This document shows positions 1-13,400 of a DNA stretch of 64,000 nucleotides, piece by piece. The position numbers and the translations under genes are program-made. The notes under the pieces were generated by a model. That model worked only from the letters and a program-made list of their open reading frames with translations. It ran no database searches and was not told the DNA's origin. The DNA comes from Mizuhopecten yessoensis. Lineage: Eukaryota. Position 1 is the stretch's first letter. The number at the start of each line of letters is the position of its first letter. Location: NCBI RefSeq assembly GCF_002113885.1, contig NW_018405900.1, positions 344,005 to 408,004 of the forward strand. Direction: 5' to 3'.

Positions 1-553
1 CCACATGCTGTCCCTTTAACAGTATTTATTCACTGTTAACAGTAAATTTTCACCTCATTCTTCTTTTCGTTATTTTCCATGTTAACTAAGTAGCCAGATT
101 TAACACAGGGTGAAAACTATTACATGTGTAATTATAGTTTTCTATATAGTTATTGATGTATTTAGGCAGTTTAATATAGTGGAAGGATAATTCCATCAAA
201 CATATGATTTAAATGATCAGTGGGTTAAAATTTGGCACTACAAAAGTATTGTGAAACAGAAAAGGGAGAAGAACCAACACCAGTACAATGTAGGTCGGGT
301 CCTTAAGTAGTGTGCTGACAGGAATATGGATACTAATTAGTATGCAGGGTGTCCGCTCTAGGTAAAAGTAAAACAGGTTGAAAATGCTTTCGCGTACCTT
401 GAACTAATATATATTTCAAAACTATTGTGACTTACAGAAGTTAACCTAACAACTGTCACTGTTGTAGGATCAAGACAGATTTTCTTGTAGAAGTTAACAC
501 ATTTAACAGATATGATCGTATACTCATTAAGTTGGACTAAGTCCTACCTGTAC

Positions 554-906
554 CATCCTCAATACTCCAGGGGTTACGCTCACTTTCGATCTCTGCACCC
601 CTGGAATATATCACAGCAAAATTGAAGGCACAAAGATAGCTGTTTGATTGGTCTCAGGTAAAAAAAAAACTGACCAATCGCTAGGCTGATCCTTGTCTTT
701 TGAAAATTACAAAGGAGCGACACCTGACTTGAAAGCCTGTCATTTTTTTACCGTTACGTAACCGCATGATTCTTTTGATGTACATCAAATGATCGAACTA
801 GTCTTCTTGTCTCATCAACAAGGTGGCGCGCACCAAGCTTTTGCTATGACACATTCCAGGGGTGCAGAGAGCGTAAGAGAGCATAACCCCTGAAGTGTCG
901 AGGATG
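554..906. mobile_element. MITE (~353 bp, ~75-bp TIRs), Mutator-like by TSD length
   Basis: Left end CATCCTCAATACTCCAGGGGTTACGCTCACTTTCG, right end GCATAACCCCTGAAGTGTCGAGGATG. Flanks tacctgtac/tacctgtaa give a 9-bp TSD with one mismatch. A second copy lies at 57141-57495. Confidence 0.8.
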
Positions 907-1221
907 TACCTGTAAATGCCTTGACAATGTTGTTTTACTTAGAGAAGTGTTCCCCTCAGCTATATAGACTGGGAATTATTTGCTCACTTTGGTGGATTAC
1001 ATTACACACAGTATAGTTATACACACAGTATATTTATACATACAGTATATTTATTTATGCTTTTTTCACAGGAGCACGGCCATTAAAATTATAAAACTTG
1101 ATGTTGTTTTATCTTCTTTATATTCAATTCTCAACGTTTACGTTTTGGTTGGGCTAGATCTGTCATGGTGTCTATGGCAATCGACAGGAACTTCAAAAGG
1201 TCTAGTGAAGAGTATACAGCA

Positions 1222-1668
1222 TAGCTAGTTGTACAACTGTAATCTCCCAGGAAGTTTGAATGAACAATGAGGAATATACAACATTGCTAGCTATACTACA
1301 GTAAAATCCACAGGAACTTCAAAATGTCTAGTGAACAGTATATATGTACAGCATTGCTAGGTTTACAACTGTAAAATCTGACATTAGCGTATTGTTAGTT
1401 ATCCAACTGTAAAATCTGACATTTACGTACTGCTAGTTGTACAACTGTAAAATCTGACATTAACGTACTGCTAGTTGTACAACTGTAAAATCTGACATTA
1501 ACGTACTGCTAGTTGTACAACTGTAAAATCTGACATTAACATATTGATAGTTGTACAACTGTAAAATCTTACATTAACGTACAGCTAGTTGTACAACTGT
1601 AAAATCTGACATTAACGTACTGCTAGTTGTACAACTGTAAAATCTGACATTAACGTACTGCTAGTCGT
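1222..1668. repeat. 38-bp minisatellite (CTAGTTGTACAACTGTAAAATCTGACATTAACGTACTG), ~8 good copies plus degenerate upstream copies
   Basis: Period of 38 read directly (for example 1433 to 1471). Confidence 0.9.
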
Positions 1669-3548
1669 ATGACAGTTTAAACAGGAACTGTGTATAATGA
1701 GGAGTAAACACACATAATTACTGCATGGTCATTTGGAGTCCTTCAATTGTATCACATGTACACTGGACTTCCAGTCCACTTCCAATCAGTTTTATTAAGG
1801 TTCCAAAGTTGCTGTCTGGTCAAGCCTTAGAATCACAGACATTGTAACATAAAAATAAGTCAAGAAACACATTTTGTTTTACAAAATTTAGATTTGTATT
1901 TTACAACTTTTTGAGCTAAACTGCTGTTGACATTAAGAACGGTATAGTAAAATGTATTAATATTCACAATTAGACACAGGCACTCCTTCATGTTTTTCTT
2001 ACCAATCGGTACTAAATTATCGGGACGATAAAGTTCAAATATGCACGATAGTGAAAATATTTAATTGCAAATATCCACATTGTAAGTAATGACGTTCTGA
2101 TCATAGTGGAAGTTAAGCACTAGTTATGGTGTGCTTACCATGTGAAGCTACAAACTAATGTCTCTCCAATATATAAGATACCACAGTAAGGAACATAAGT
2201 TACCAATAATGTGTACCAAGTTTCAAAAAATGTCATTCACAAAGGAAACTGGTAATATTTTGGACAAAATATTAAATGGAAATAAAAAAATGGTATTCAC
2301 TTCCATAATACGCAGATCAAGAAGCAAAAGTTCGCAACTTTCAAGTGTGATGACAAAATTGGTGGAGTTTATTTAATTCAGATGAAAACCATAGGAGCTG
2401 TTAGAACAAGAATCTATCTCATTCCTAACTTTGTTGCAAGGAGGTATACCAAGTTTCTGAGTGAAGTTATATGTCACCTACAATGATATACTGAGACTAT
2501 AACACATGGCAACAGATTGGGGAAGATCATTATCTAAATGATAAATGTCAAGGTTTCACTTCTTCAGGATATTTTTGAAAACAATGGAAGTTAACAGATG
2601 AAGAAGTATCTGTCAGCATAACGAGTATCAGTGGAATAAAATGTTATTTAAATGTACATGTATGAACAAGCTATGATGACACAGTGAAACTAAATACATA
2701 ATTCTATATGTAGGTGTATGTTTTAGTCAACAGTATAATTTTATATTTATAGTGTAGTTCTGCCCAAAAGTTAATATCATGGTGTTAACCTTACTCACTA
2801 AACATCACATGACTGGCAGTTAAAAGTGCACTGTATTATAGTTCTTGTAAGAAAGTGAAATGTGTATATGGCTAAAAAATACAAAAATACCATTTTTGTT
2901 TTGAGATTGTAATACTTGTGTATATTACTGGCCACACATTTGACTTGACATGGTATAAACCTACTAAAGACTGGCTGCAGGACTTATAAATAGGCAATGT
3001 TATGATGACCATCAGCTTCCACAGTAACAGTTGTGGATTCTTCAGCTTCCAAACTGATGATTACAATTCCTCAAGTATGTGACTATATCCTGACCTGTGC
3101 ATTTTCAATTATCCCAAAAATGGCATCATTATCTATACAATCATATATGTATGTACACAATGTTCTAGATTGTAAGGCATTCCAATGAAGAGGGATCTAC
3201 ACAACACAGCAGACCTGGTGTCACTCACTCAGCCATGCTTCATGAGACTACAGCAGTGTCAGTAAGTTTTGTGATCAACAGTCTGTAGGCAGTATTGCTT
3301 GGTTCTTAATTAACTTGACCTGTTAACTCAATAATAGCTGGCAAAAAAAATCACCAAACCAGCATTTTCCCTTCTAGTTATGTCTTTCATCAGACAGCTC
3401 TAATCAGCTGTGACTGACCAGCGTCACTAAAAACTTTCACATTAATAGGTCTTGCTGACCACTAACTTTTTTTTCAAGAAGGGGTCAGTTTGAAGTCTCA
3501 CATAAACATCGTTTATACTGCTGACCATTGACATTCTTAAAGAGGTGG

Positions 3549-6500
3549 TCACTTTGACGATTTCTTTGTTATACTGCCATGGGCAGGGATGACCGTTGAT
3601 TTTGTCCCTGTGGCAGTCAGATTTATCACGGCAGGATTGATCATCCCAGGGATGTTGATGACACTGGGCTGGGCATCCCATTTACTCTTTCTCCTCTTCT
3701 CATCTGAATGACACAAACAATATCAGACTTATTGTAATATCTGTATTTACTGACAAATGGCCAAAATATATACACAATGGAGTAGTGATAGCTTCCTCAT
3801 CTTTGAAAAACACTCCTAAGTGATCCATTAAGTAAGAGAACTTTCAGCAGGTCAAGAAGAAGACACATCAAGAGAATTAGATTTAAGTAAATAACTCTAT
3901 GATCTGTCAAGATCATGATACACTTTAAATGTCTTTGATACCAGTGTTTTTATACACAACAGAGCCCATACCTGTCAAGCTTACAAATCACCTTCATGTA
4001 AGAGCAGACTTCCCTTAAATTGTTTCTTTAAATATTTTTTGCTCTTTTGAGATTTTTGATTTGAACATCACAAAAGCTTTTGTATAAATGAATCTGATAA
4101 GCCCTTCAAACATTCTATGAAACACAAAGAATGATATTGGGGTTTATGATCATGATCCCTTCAGTTATTCCTGAGTTAAAAAAAAAATACAAACTTTGCA
4201 TCAGGGGATCTTGTATACTAAGTTTGATGATGGTGGGCTAATAGACATCAGAATCAAAGAATACCACCTTTGAATAACAGCCCGACAGACTTTTACTCAA
4301 AGAGTATGTGAGACTGAATTTAAACAACCTCTGAACTGTGATCATTCGATTATTTAAAACACAACATTACCTGATGGTCCTTCTGATGATATCTTTTTTG
4401 TACCAACCACAAACTCAATCTGCAATTAAAATTAAAACAAAACTATCCATGGACCTTACCCTTAATTCTATAAGATGCAACGTATATCCCTCACAAATTG
4501 AAGTGATCAGAAATGCTAAATGTATAAAGCCACACCGGGTCAGTGATGGCAAATATTCTATCTGTACAGATAGAGCCCTATATACACCAGACGACATCAT
4601 TCAACTCTGGCTTGTATCAAATAATTAAATTATATCAATATTTATATATGATTAGGAATTATTTGTACACAAGGATAAGCCGATGTGACTTAAACTTTCT
4701 TTCCAATTTATCCACCACATATCTACCTTAGCAGTACATATATCCCGGTACATGGTTGTATAGTTTGGTCAATTGCTTTTCAAAGGCATGAAAACTAGCT
4801 GACACAACAATAAATATAACTGATATCTTTCCATTAGTAACTATATTTGGATCGTTTTAGAAAGCCTTGTCAATACCTTTGTCTTGTCCTTCTTCTCTTT
4901 CTCTCTCTTATTTACTTCAATTGTCTGAGCTTTATCTGAAAATTCATCAAATATAATATTTCTCTACAGAATTTACTGTCAGCATGTTACATTATATAAT
5001 AATATCTAACTCTGTCTGTCATTTCTTTCTTTTTCTGTTTTATCAATTTCTACTCTCTGGGTTTCTATCAAGTGAAGATTTCAAATAATTAAGATGATAC
5101 CTGTGCAGTCTAGCACTGATATTGTTAGTGAACAGATTTAAATCATCATCATGATGATACGTACATCCTCACACAGGTGTTACTGAGGGAAGATTTTAAA
5201 TGATTAAGATGATACCTGTACAGTCTAGCACTGATATTGTTAGTGAACAGATTTAAATCATCATCATGATGATATGTACATCCTCACACAGGTGTTACTG
5301 GGGGAAGATTTTAAATGATTAAGATGATACCTGTACAGTCTAGCACTGATATTGTTAGTGAACAGATTTAAATCATCATCATGATGATACGTACATCCTC
5401 ACACAGGTGTTACTGAGGGAAGATTTTAAATTATTAAGACTCTACAATCTCCATAAGGGAACATGACAAAGCTGACTATACTTGGCAAAGGAAGTTTGAC
5501 TGTTGGTTCAGATCATATATCAATAGCTTAGTCATGTGTTGACAGCTAAGGTCATATCTAACTGAGGTAAGTATATGCCTTTTGCTAAGATTAGTACCAG
5601 GTATCAATTTCACCAGTACACTTTTAACAGAATTTTATTTTTGATTCAGTGAAATAACTTAAGTGTTTTTAAATAGTAGTATGTATACATGTGCATATTC
5701 CATTCTGATAATACTACAATGGAAATGTCATTTTGAATCTTCTAAAATCATGAAAATACATGCATCTTACCTAAGGCATCATAGAATGATTCTTTACCCC
5801 ATCTGTGTGGATCAAAAATTTCCTGTCAAAAAACAAAACATAAAGTAGTCTGGTTAAACAGATTGTGTTCTTCTACCGACATCAAATTACATAGAGACTC
5901 GGCCATAACTAACATTTGAAAGTAGCATAAATAATTAAAAAGTAACATTATGTTTTTAATCAAACATGCAATAATGAATACACCCAATTAAGTAAAACCA
6001 TAAATTATCCTTATACATAATTCATTTCTGTATTATCTGAAAAACATTTTTTTTAATTAAATGCAAGCATTATCACACCAATCAAACCAAGGTGTTTTAC
6101 ATTAAATTCTATAAAAGCTTTACATAGCTAACTGTTAAACGTACCGGAGGATAGTTGGTGCCCTTCTCATCTATGCCACAATATTCTATAAGTTTCTCAC
6201 ATATACTGAAAAGACATACAGTTATACTATTTTAAAAATTTGCAATACATGTATGATAATGAAATGCTTTATATAACATATCAAACCGTTCCTGTTTTAC
6301 CAGTATGTCTCTTACTATTTCACCAGTATGTAGCTCCTGTTTTGCCAATATCTATATTTTCCTTTTACCAGTATCTAACTTTAAGTGAAATTCAGTTAAA
6401 AGTTTGATACCATAATATTGTAAGATAACAAAGATTTCTATCTAATACCAATACTGAACTCATTTCTATAATACCTGGGATTTCGGAAGTCTTTTCTTCT

Positions 6501-9500
6501 TTCTATGGATGCCACCATATTGAGTCCATCCCTTCGCATCTTCTCATACAATTTAGCAATCTTTTCCTGAGACAAATATATCACACTCATCATACAGACA
6601 CAGGTATAGGACTGGTATTTATATAATATGGATTTTTACAGTACACATTTGTTTAACATATCATAGGATTATTTGAAAGTTTCTTTTATAAAGAACTTAT
6701 ATTGCTCCGGAGAACCTTCAGACACATTTACAATTCAATGATCCCTTTCACATCACTATAGCTAATAACTAAGATTTTCAAAATGCTCAACCAATGTCCC
6801 TTTCTAAAACTAGAGCTCTACAAAATGTCCAGAAGAATAAAACACAGAGTTCTAATTCTGTATAAACCAAGTAACACCCTAATTATATTGTATTGCATCG
6901 ATTATGACCGTAATCACATTTTCATACAAGTTAATTCACACTCTCAGCTAAACTTTCTTAAAAGATGTACGATACCTGTAAGTGACGGGAACATTTTCCT
7001 GTAGGTTCTGGCGGTATTTCTATTTCATCTGCTGCTTTGTTCAACACACTTCTTGATAACAGAGCTACAAATTCAGGATGACAATAATCATGAGAAAGAA
7101 ACTCTTAACACATTCAAACCTACAAACATAACAAGCAATTGTGATGAATTTATAAAAAATGCAGCTTGTATGACTGTGAATTACTGTACAGAAGATGAAA
7201 ACTTTAAGAGACAGACATATTACAGATATTCATTGTTCACAATAACTTTCAATTTAATAATAAAACAAGAGACTCGATGACCTAATGGTCATCTAAATGA
7301 AAAGGATGTTACACAAGGGAGATAACTCAGTGAAATGGTCTTGTCCATTACAGCAGGTAAAGTATTGTAATCTAAATTAAGGTGTTTGATGGTGAAACCT
7401 TTAAGAGGCTTCCTTATGTCTAAATTGGTTACAAATATAAGAAGAGATTTTACAGCATAGACTGAATTTTAACCAGGCTAATAAGTCTGCCAGCCCATAT
7501 TGAAAAACAAACTTTAAGCTCAATGGGCCAATTTTGTTCAAAATTGGTACAGATGACAACCTGATGGTCCATTCTATGTATTTTTCCCATGGTCTAATTA
7601 TCATTTCCCTAGGGCCATAAATAGTGATTACAAAGAATTTGGATTTAAGATCAGAACAAGTTTTCGAATGGAATCTCAAATTGGTTGTCTGATTGTCATG
7701 GCAGATTTCTAATTACCCTGAAAGGTTACAGCGTATTTTCCGGACCATCCCTCAATCATCCTAACCAAGTTTCAGTTAAATTGGCCTATCAGAGCTTGAG
7801 TTCAAATCTGAAATAGTTTTTCAAAACGGTGGCCATGGCAAACTTATTGGATTTCTAATTGACCCAAAAAACAACAACACTTAGTCAGGACCATGTACCA
7901 AACATTCTAATCATGAATGAATTTTCATTGAATCCATTTAGCAGAGGAGGAGTTTAAATTTGAAATAGATATTTATATTCCACCAATAGTGGGGAAAATT
8001 TTAACTTACATGCTTGTTCTGGGTTTAAAGATGAATTCAGAACATGTTCCTAAAATGCAAAAACATTAGTGTTCTAATTTATGAAATTATCACTTTAAAT
8101 AGCACATTAAATTTTATAAGTAAAAACACTATTATTAAATGATTCTAAAATTGTCTGTTTGATTGTCATGTAAAAATTGTACTGAAAACTAATAAATAGT
8201 CACTATCTGTCATCTTGCTTCTTCAAATTTTCAAAATGGTTAAACTATTTCTTGATTGATTCAAGCTACAGAATTGATAAATGTACTGGTACTTACATTT
8301 GACATGAGGTCATCTTGTTCCCCTTCCTCTTCGTCAGATTTTTCTTCCTCATCAGATTCAAGATCATCCTTACCATAGGAAACTAATCTTGTAGCTGTGA
8401 AGAATAAAAGAAGCCATTTTTAACAATGTGATAATTAACAAAACCCAGTCAAAATATGGTAAAAAAAAAATCTTTTGGAAAAAAACTTTCCCATCTTGCA
8501 ACCCTGTATTCAAACTAATAGTAGAATAGCCATAGGCCATAACAAACATGGATGTCTACCATGTGCACAGTTCCTTATCTTGCAGACCGAATTGTTTATG
8601 AAATTGCAAACTTGGTAACTTAAATCCATGTGTGATTCATCACCTACATACTTTATAAACAGTTCTCATCTACTAAACCTAGTAATTCAGCTATATTGTT
8701 ATTTATCGTACAAATCAGTTGGAGCATGTCCATGAAAATTTCTGTCTGTCTCTAACAATTCCAATTTTCAAATCCCCTTTTCCATTGGCTATGATGTTTT
8801 AATTATAAAATTTGCTCATGGGTGGTTTATAATGGTCCTGTACCTTGGAGGAGGGCACAGTAAAGCTAAGCCCTTCAACATAATAAGATTACGAAGTATG
8901 GGCCTGAACTTCCACTATAGGGCACAGTGAAACTGTGTTCCTTCTAGGGGTCCCTTATGCTTAAGGGGTGACCCGACCTTGTCCAACTCCACCAGAGAAC
9001 AATCATCTCCAGTATCATAAATAACACCAGATCCAGATCTGATGCTCAAGATTGACCATCTCATCCATGATTCCTGATGAGCTCCAACCTCAAGAGGGGC
9101 CTTCATAAAACAGGGAAGAGTGTGGTGAGTTTTGGTGGACATCTCGGCGCAGTCTCTTTACATCCTGATATCAACCTGAACACATGTGAGTGATTTTTCT
9201 CAGTATATTCTAATAGATTTTGGGACCTGAGAGCAGTTCCCAACTACATGTTGTGACAACACATACCAAAATCACAACAATTACCATGAAATTTGCTTAT
9301 CGGGGGTAGTGCAATTCTTGTTGAGTAAAGGCGTTTGAAATTCTGACAGTAAATTGAGATGTATATCATATAAAAAAATAGGTTATCAATATAATAAAAG
9401 AGTAATGCATTTATTTTTTATTTGATATATATATCTCAATTTGAATAATGCCCTTATTTTTTTTATATGATACCTATATCTCAATTTACATTCAGAATTT

Positions 9501-9852
9501 AAAACGCCTTTGGTAATTTAAGTGTAGGTCGTGTAAGTCTCTTCGATTGTAAAACGCCTAAATATTTCGAAATTGAGTATTAGGTATAATTACGCTTTCT
9601 TTTAAGGGGCTTCTTCGTCAGTTCTTTATCTGGTAACGTTGCACTGGATCCAGAGTTGTAGTCCTCATCTAAAACGGTCCTGGAAGATGGTCGTGAACTT
9701 GGTAACTCAGTCTCTTCATCCGAAATATTATCAATCGCAGATATGGATGGAGAATTCAGCTTGTCTTGGTCGTCATCAGAATTTTCTTCGTCAGCCCTTC
9801 CATACATAGCCAACGAAGACATCGCAGCTGAGCTATCGTTCCTTTCCATCAT
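3549..9852 (-). CDS. SAP30BP: SAP30-binding protein (HCNGP family), complete, 10 coding exons, ~317 aa
   Basis: Minus-strand exons, all AG/GT bounded with matching phases: 9594-9852, 8297-8394, 8010-8049, 6976-7064, 6475-6566, 6145-6205, 5771-5822, 4877-4935, 4371-4419, 3549-3703 (954 nt). Translation has an acidic N-terminus, then TRLVSYG..., IPPEPTGKCSRHLQEKIAKLYEK...RRKDFRNPSICEKLIEYCGIDEKGTNYPPEIFDPHRWGKESFYDALDKAQ...KTKIEFVVGTKK...KRRKSKWD...GTKSTVIPAHGSITKKSSK*. This matches the SAP30BP/HCNGP motifs as I recall them. Confidence 0.93.
5006..5064 (-). pseudogene. Diverged duplicate of SAP30BP exon 8 (pseudo-exon or terminal/poison exon)
   Basis: After the AG at 5065-5066, phase 1 reads ETQRVEIDKTEKERNDRQS*, which aligns with true exon 8 (D)KAQTIEVNKREKEKKDKTK at 4877-4935. 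Confidence 0.6.
5074..5439. repeat. 115-bp tandem repeat x3 in SAP30BP intron 7
   Basis: AAGATGATAC recurs at 5091, 5206 and 5321; the units are nearly identical. Confidence 0.9.
7263..7970 (-). mobile_element. Degenerate Helentron-associated (HINE-like) non-autonomous element
   Basis: Starts AAACAAGAG (reverse complement of the CTCTTGTTT 3' end) and contains AAGGGAGATAACTC and ...TTTCAAAACGGTGGCCATGGC-like internal motifs that I recognise from bivalve HINE-type repeats. Boundaries are approximate. Confidence 0.45.
9327..9512. mobile_element. Fold-back/MITE element in SAP30BP intron 1
   Basis: AAAGGCGTTTGAAATTCTGACAGTAAATTGAGAT... pairs with ...ATCTCAATTTACATTCAGAATTTAAAACGCCTTT. A related copy lies at 45894-46033. 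Confidence 0.7.
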
Positions 9853-10447
9853 TACTGGTTCGTGCACCAAATCGATATCGTCAACAACACGTCTCGATTG
9901 AACGGGAATATTGACTCAAAGTGAAACAATCATTTCAGACAAAATTAATTCGTATTCTTTCTTTCACATATTGATGTATGTATCAGTTCGATCCTTATTT
10001 CGATTAATAAAAAGTTCTAAATACAGCCAACATACGTTCAAAATGTGTTGTCTCGATTAAGAGCTCGTTTGACTTTTTTATCTTCACCACTGAAGAGTTC
10101 TTGTTCCCAAGTTAAAATTTTCAAATTATTTCTTTTATACACGAATTTCATTTTGTGTGTTTTAACAAAACATTTTAGAAATCAGAATGGTTCGATGGAA
10201 ATGTATTACAGAACCACAAAAACACACAGAAATCAATAGTTGGTTTTAAACATTTATTTACGGATCCTAAATATGACAAAATATGATCCGCATCATATTT
10301 TTTAATTTCCGGCGAATATAACTGACCAATCAAATGAGAGGTTTTATTTAAACCTTAATCCAATCAAATCACACGTCTGTTTTTGGCTCATTTTTTGAAA
10401 GGACAAAATTCGACGAATTTCTTATTTCAGCGACAGTATCGACGATA
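9853..10447. promoter_or_regulatory. Bidirectional promoter of SAP30BP and KIFC1, with tandem CCAAT boxes and a CHR-like site on the KIFC1 side
   Basis: The divergent ATGs are about 600 bp apart and CpG is locally more frequent. CCAAT at 10326 and 10360 (both CCAATCAAAT); TTTGAA at 10394-10399. Confidence 0.6.
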
Positions 10448-13400
10448 ATGAGCCAGGTATTTATTCTAACGGTCGTGAACAGTTGATGTAAATAACCATA
10501 TGTTAAAGTGAGAGACCAAATTGACGAACCTGAATGTTATTTAATGTCAACATTATGTCCTCTTGGCAGTCTTGCAGCACTGGAGTTCTACAGTAGAAGT
10601 GTAGTACTCTATAATATTATGTATACAGTACAATGCAATGGTATACGTATGTAAAGGCCTACTATATATATATATATATATATATACAGAAGCCTGTATG
10701 TATACATAGTACTACAGTAGATATCCAGGACACTGCATGAGTACAGGTTGTTGACGTCTGTGACACTTTGCCACACAAACAGAAACACACCCACCAAATA
10801 AAGTTTTAAGAACAAAACACACATTTATAAATCCAAACATTTTCCATGTTACTGTTATGACCATAACCACACGTTTTATATATAGCATACGTGATTGGGA
10901 AGAATAATAATTGTGAAAGCCGATGGGCATTTGGGGGTGACAACCCTGGAATTTATACTCAAATTTGTGGTCTTCCAGTAACATACAGATACAGAAAATT
11001 ATAAACCATTGTTTTTAAAGTAGATAAATCACACCCTGCAACGTACTCCATTAACATAAGAGGCCGCTGGTCCTGGCAAAAGTATCTTGCTGTGTAAAAC
11101 CTCTAGCACTGTTGGAGTACATATGTACCTGCAATGATACAAAATACAAGACTCTTATATTACTACACTTACACGCAACATTATCGATACACATAATACA
11201 GATACAAATACAATCTGACAATAAGTACTTAGCTGTAAAATAAGTACATTAAACTGGGAATGATATAATAACATCTTTTACAAATAATGAATCGGAAATA
11301 GAAGATATACTATTTCCTTATCTAGAGGTTCCCGAACGAGTGGTGGTGGTTAATCATGTTTATCTAACTCTAGTTAGTTAAATATCAAATTGTATTAAGA
11401 CACGAGGTTTGCTGAGTGTTTTTTACAATTTGAAAATTAACTAACGAGATCACAAGTTTGGGGACCTGTTTCTCCCATAACGTTAGTATTTTATCTGAAA
11501 AAACGCATTTTTCCTTTGGAAAATACATCATGTGTGTTTCTGATGGGGGAACTAGTACTATTGCCATGGAGAAAGACGTCACAATGGAAAATGACGTCGA
11601 AAAGCATTGTTACGTGACGACATAAATCAAAGATTGACCAATGAAATCATGTCCAGGGTGACCATGTAACCCACTAGTAGGTAACCGAAAATGTTTACCA
11701 ACGCCTAGCAGGTTTATCCAATGAGTTAGGAAACATACAGTGGTTGTGGGAGAAATATATAACAATTTACCTTTACACATATATTATATATCATAAGTGT
11801 ATGGTCTATTGACATTTACTTTTATCATAACTTGCAAATGGTGAAAACCATTCACAGACATAGTCATACAGTCTATTACAGGACATTGAAATGGATATAT
11901 ACATGCATGTATACATATAGGGACAGTTTATAATGAAATAATCATGGTGACACCTCTGTGACAGAAGGCCTTTATATTTACTACATATGTCCAGCTCATC
12001 TCATATATATATATGTGATAATGTCTGATACAAGTAATAAGATATGGAATATAAACACAATCGTACCAGCTGGTGTAATGATGGTCAATCAGGTAAACCC
12101 TGCATATCATATGCACACATACTGGTACATTTTTTATCTAAAATAATATAAAATAACATCAGACAATGCTTGTGGAATACACAGCACAACAGGCAGGAGA
12201 AAAGGCAAATAAACTAGATGGACAGGTAATTAGTTTATAAATCAAGTTCAAACCTCAATTGTACTCCTGTCTCTAGATCTCTTGTCACTGTTGTCGCTCT
12301 CTCATCTACCTAATCAAACAAAGTTATCGCACGCCAACCCCCAATAGCCAGTCAAAAATTCAATAAAATTCAATCCTGCCACATCCTCCTTCTGACCAAA
12401 GAATATTGTCCTCTATATATGAACTTAAATAAAATACAATCATACATACATTCTTCCTTTTATAACACCCTGTTACATCTGTTTTGCATCCAAAGGAATA
12501 ATATCCATTTCACCCCAATTTTTGTTAACATCACCCCAGTTTACAGTTCTTTACCCCCAAGTTTGACAACCATTTCGCCCCAAAATCTGTTATCTTATTA
12601 CATAAAAAGAACATTATTTTGCTTGAACAATTATAATACGTATATCACTATACACTGGGCAGTAACAAGTATAATAAGTATATCACTATACAATGGGCAG
12701 TAACAATTTGTTTTTCTTTTCTGGTAAGTAAGAAGTTTAAATCAACAGGCCTGTCAATTTTAACTTCTTACTTACAAGGGAAAAAACTGTGACTGCCAAT
12801 TATAGTACAGGTAAGTTAGGGCATGATTTACTCACTCCATGGGTATCAGTCAAATTTTTATTTTTATAGCTTATATACAAAGAACGATATACACATAATG
12901 TATACTTTCTGTTAATTTTGTAGACTCACATAGATGTACATGTACGCTTAATTGACACACTGTTGTTATAAGTGTTTACCTATGTGCACATGCTTGTGAC
13001 AATAATTAACAGTTAATTTCACCGAGGGAAATAGTCCTGAACGAGGGGGATCATAAACTTGCTATATCCAGAAATACCCATGCTTCAACTGTTTTATTAT
13101 ACTGATACAAACACTCCCTTACAATATTCTAAATATTATTAGACAACAAATTTTCTGCTGGCCGGAAATTGCCGACATAATTTGATTGCGCTGATTGGTC
13201 AATATTCGGTCAGGCCCCGCCAACGACGTCACTCAATTTCCCGCATTTTCCGGGGGAAATAGTTTCAAAACTATCGCACCCCTCCAGACGAACTATTTCC
13301 CTGGCATGCAGTTAGAGGGGAAATAGCTTGTTTATGTGGTTACTTTTGTATAGTGTAAAATAAGTAGAGGTATAATAATTACATGTAAATCATGACTTTT

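Noticed and set aside
5074-5439. 115-bp repeat units as repeated SAP30BP cassette exons (AG...CAG|GTATC on the minus strand)
   Set aside because: Early stop, weak splice signals and no protein similarity to SAP30BP.
8915-9142. 75-aa minus-strand ORF as an independent gene
   Set aside because: No recognisable motifs. It lies inside the candidate poison exon and is reported there.
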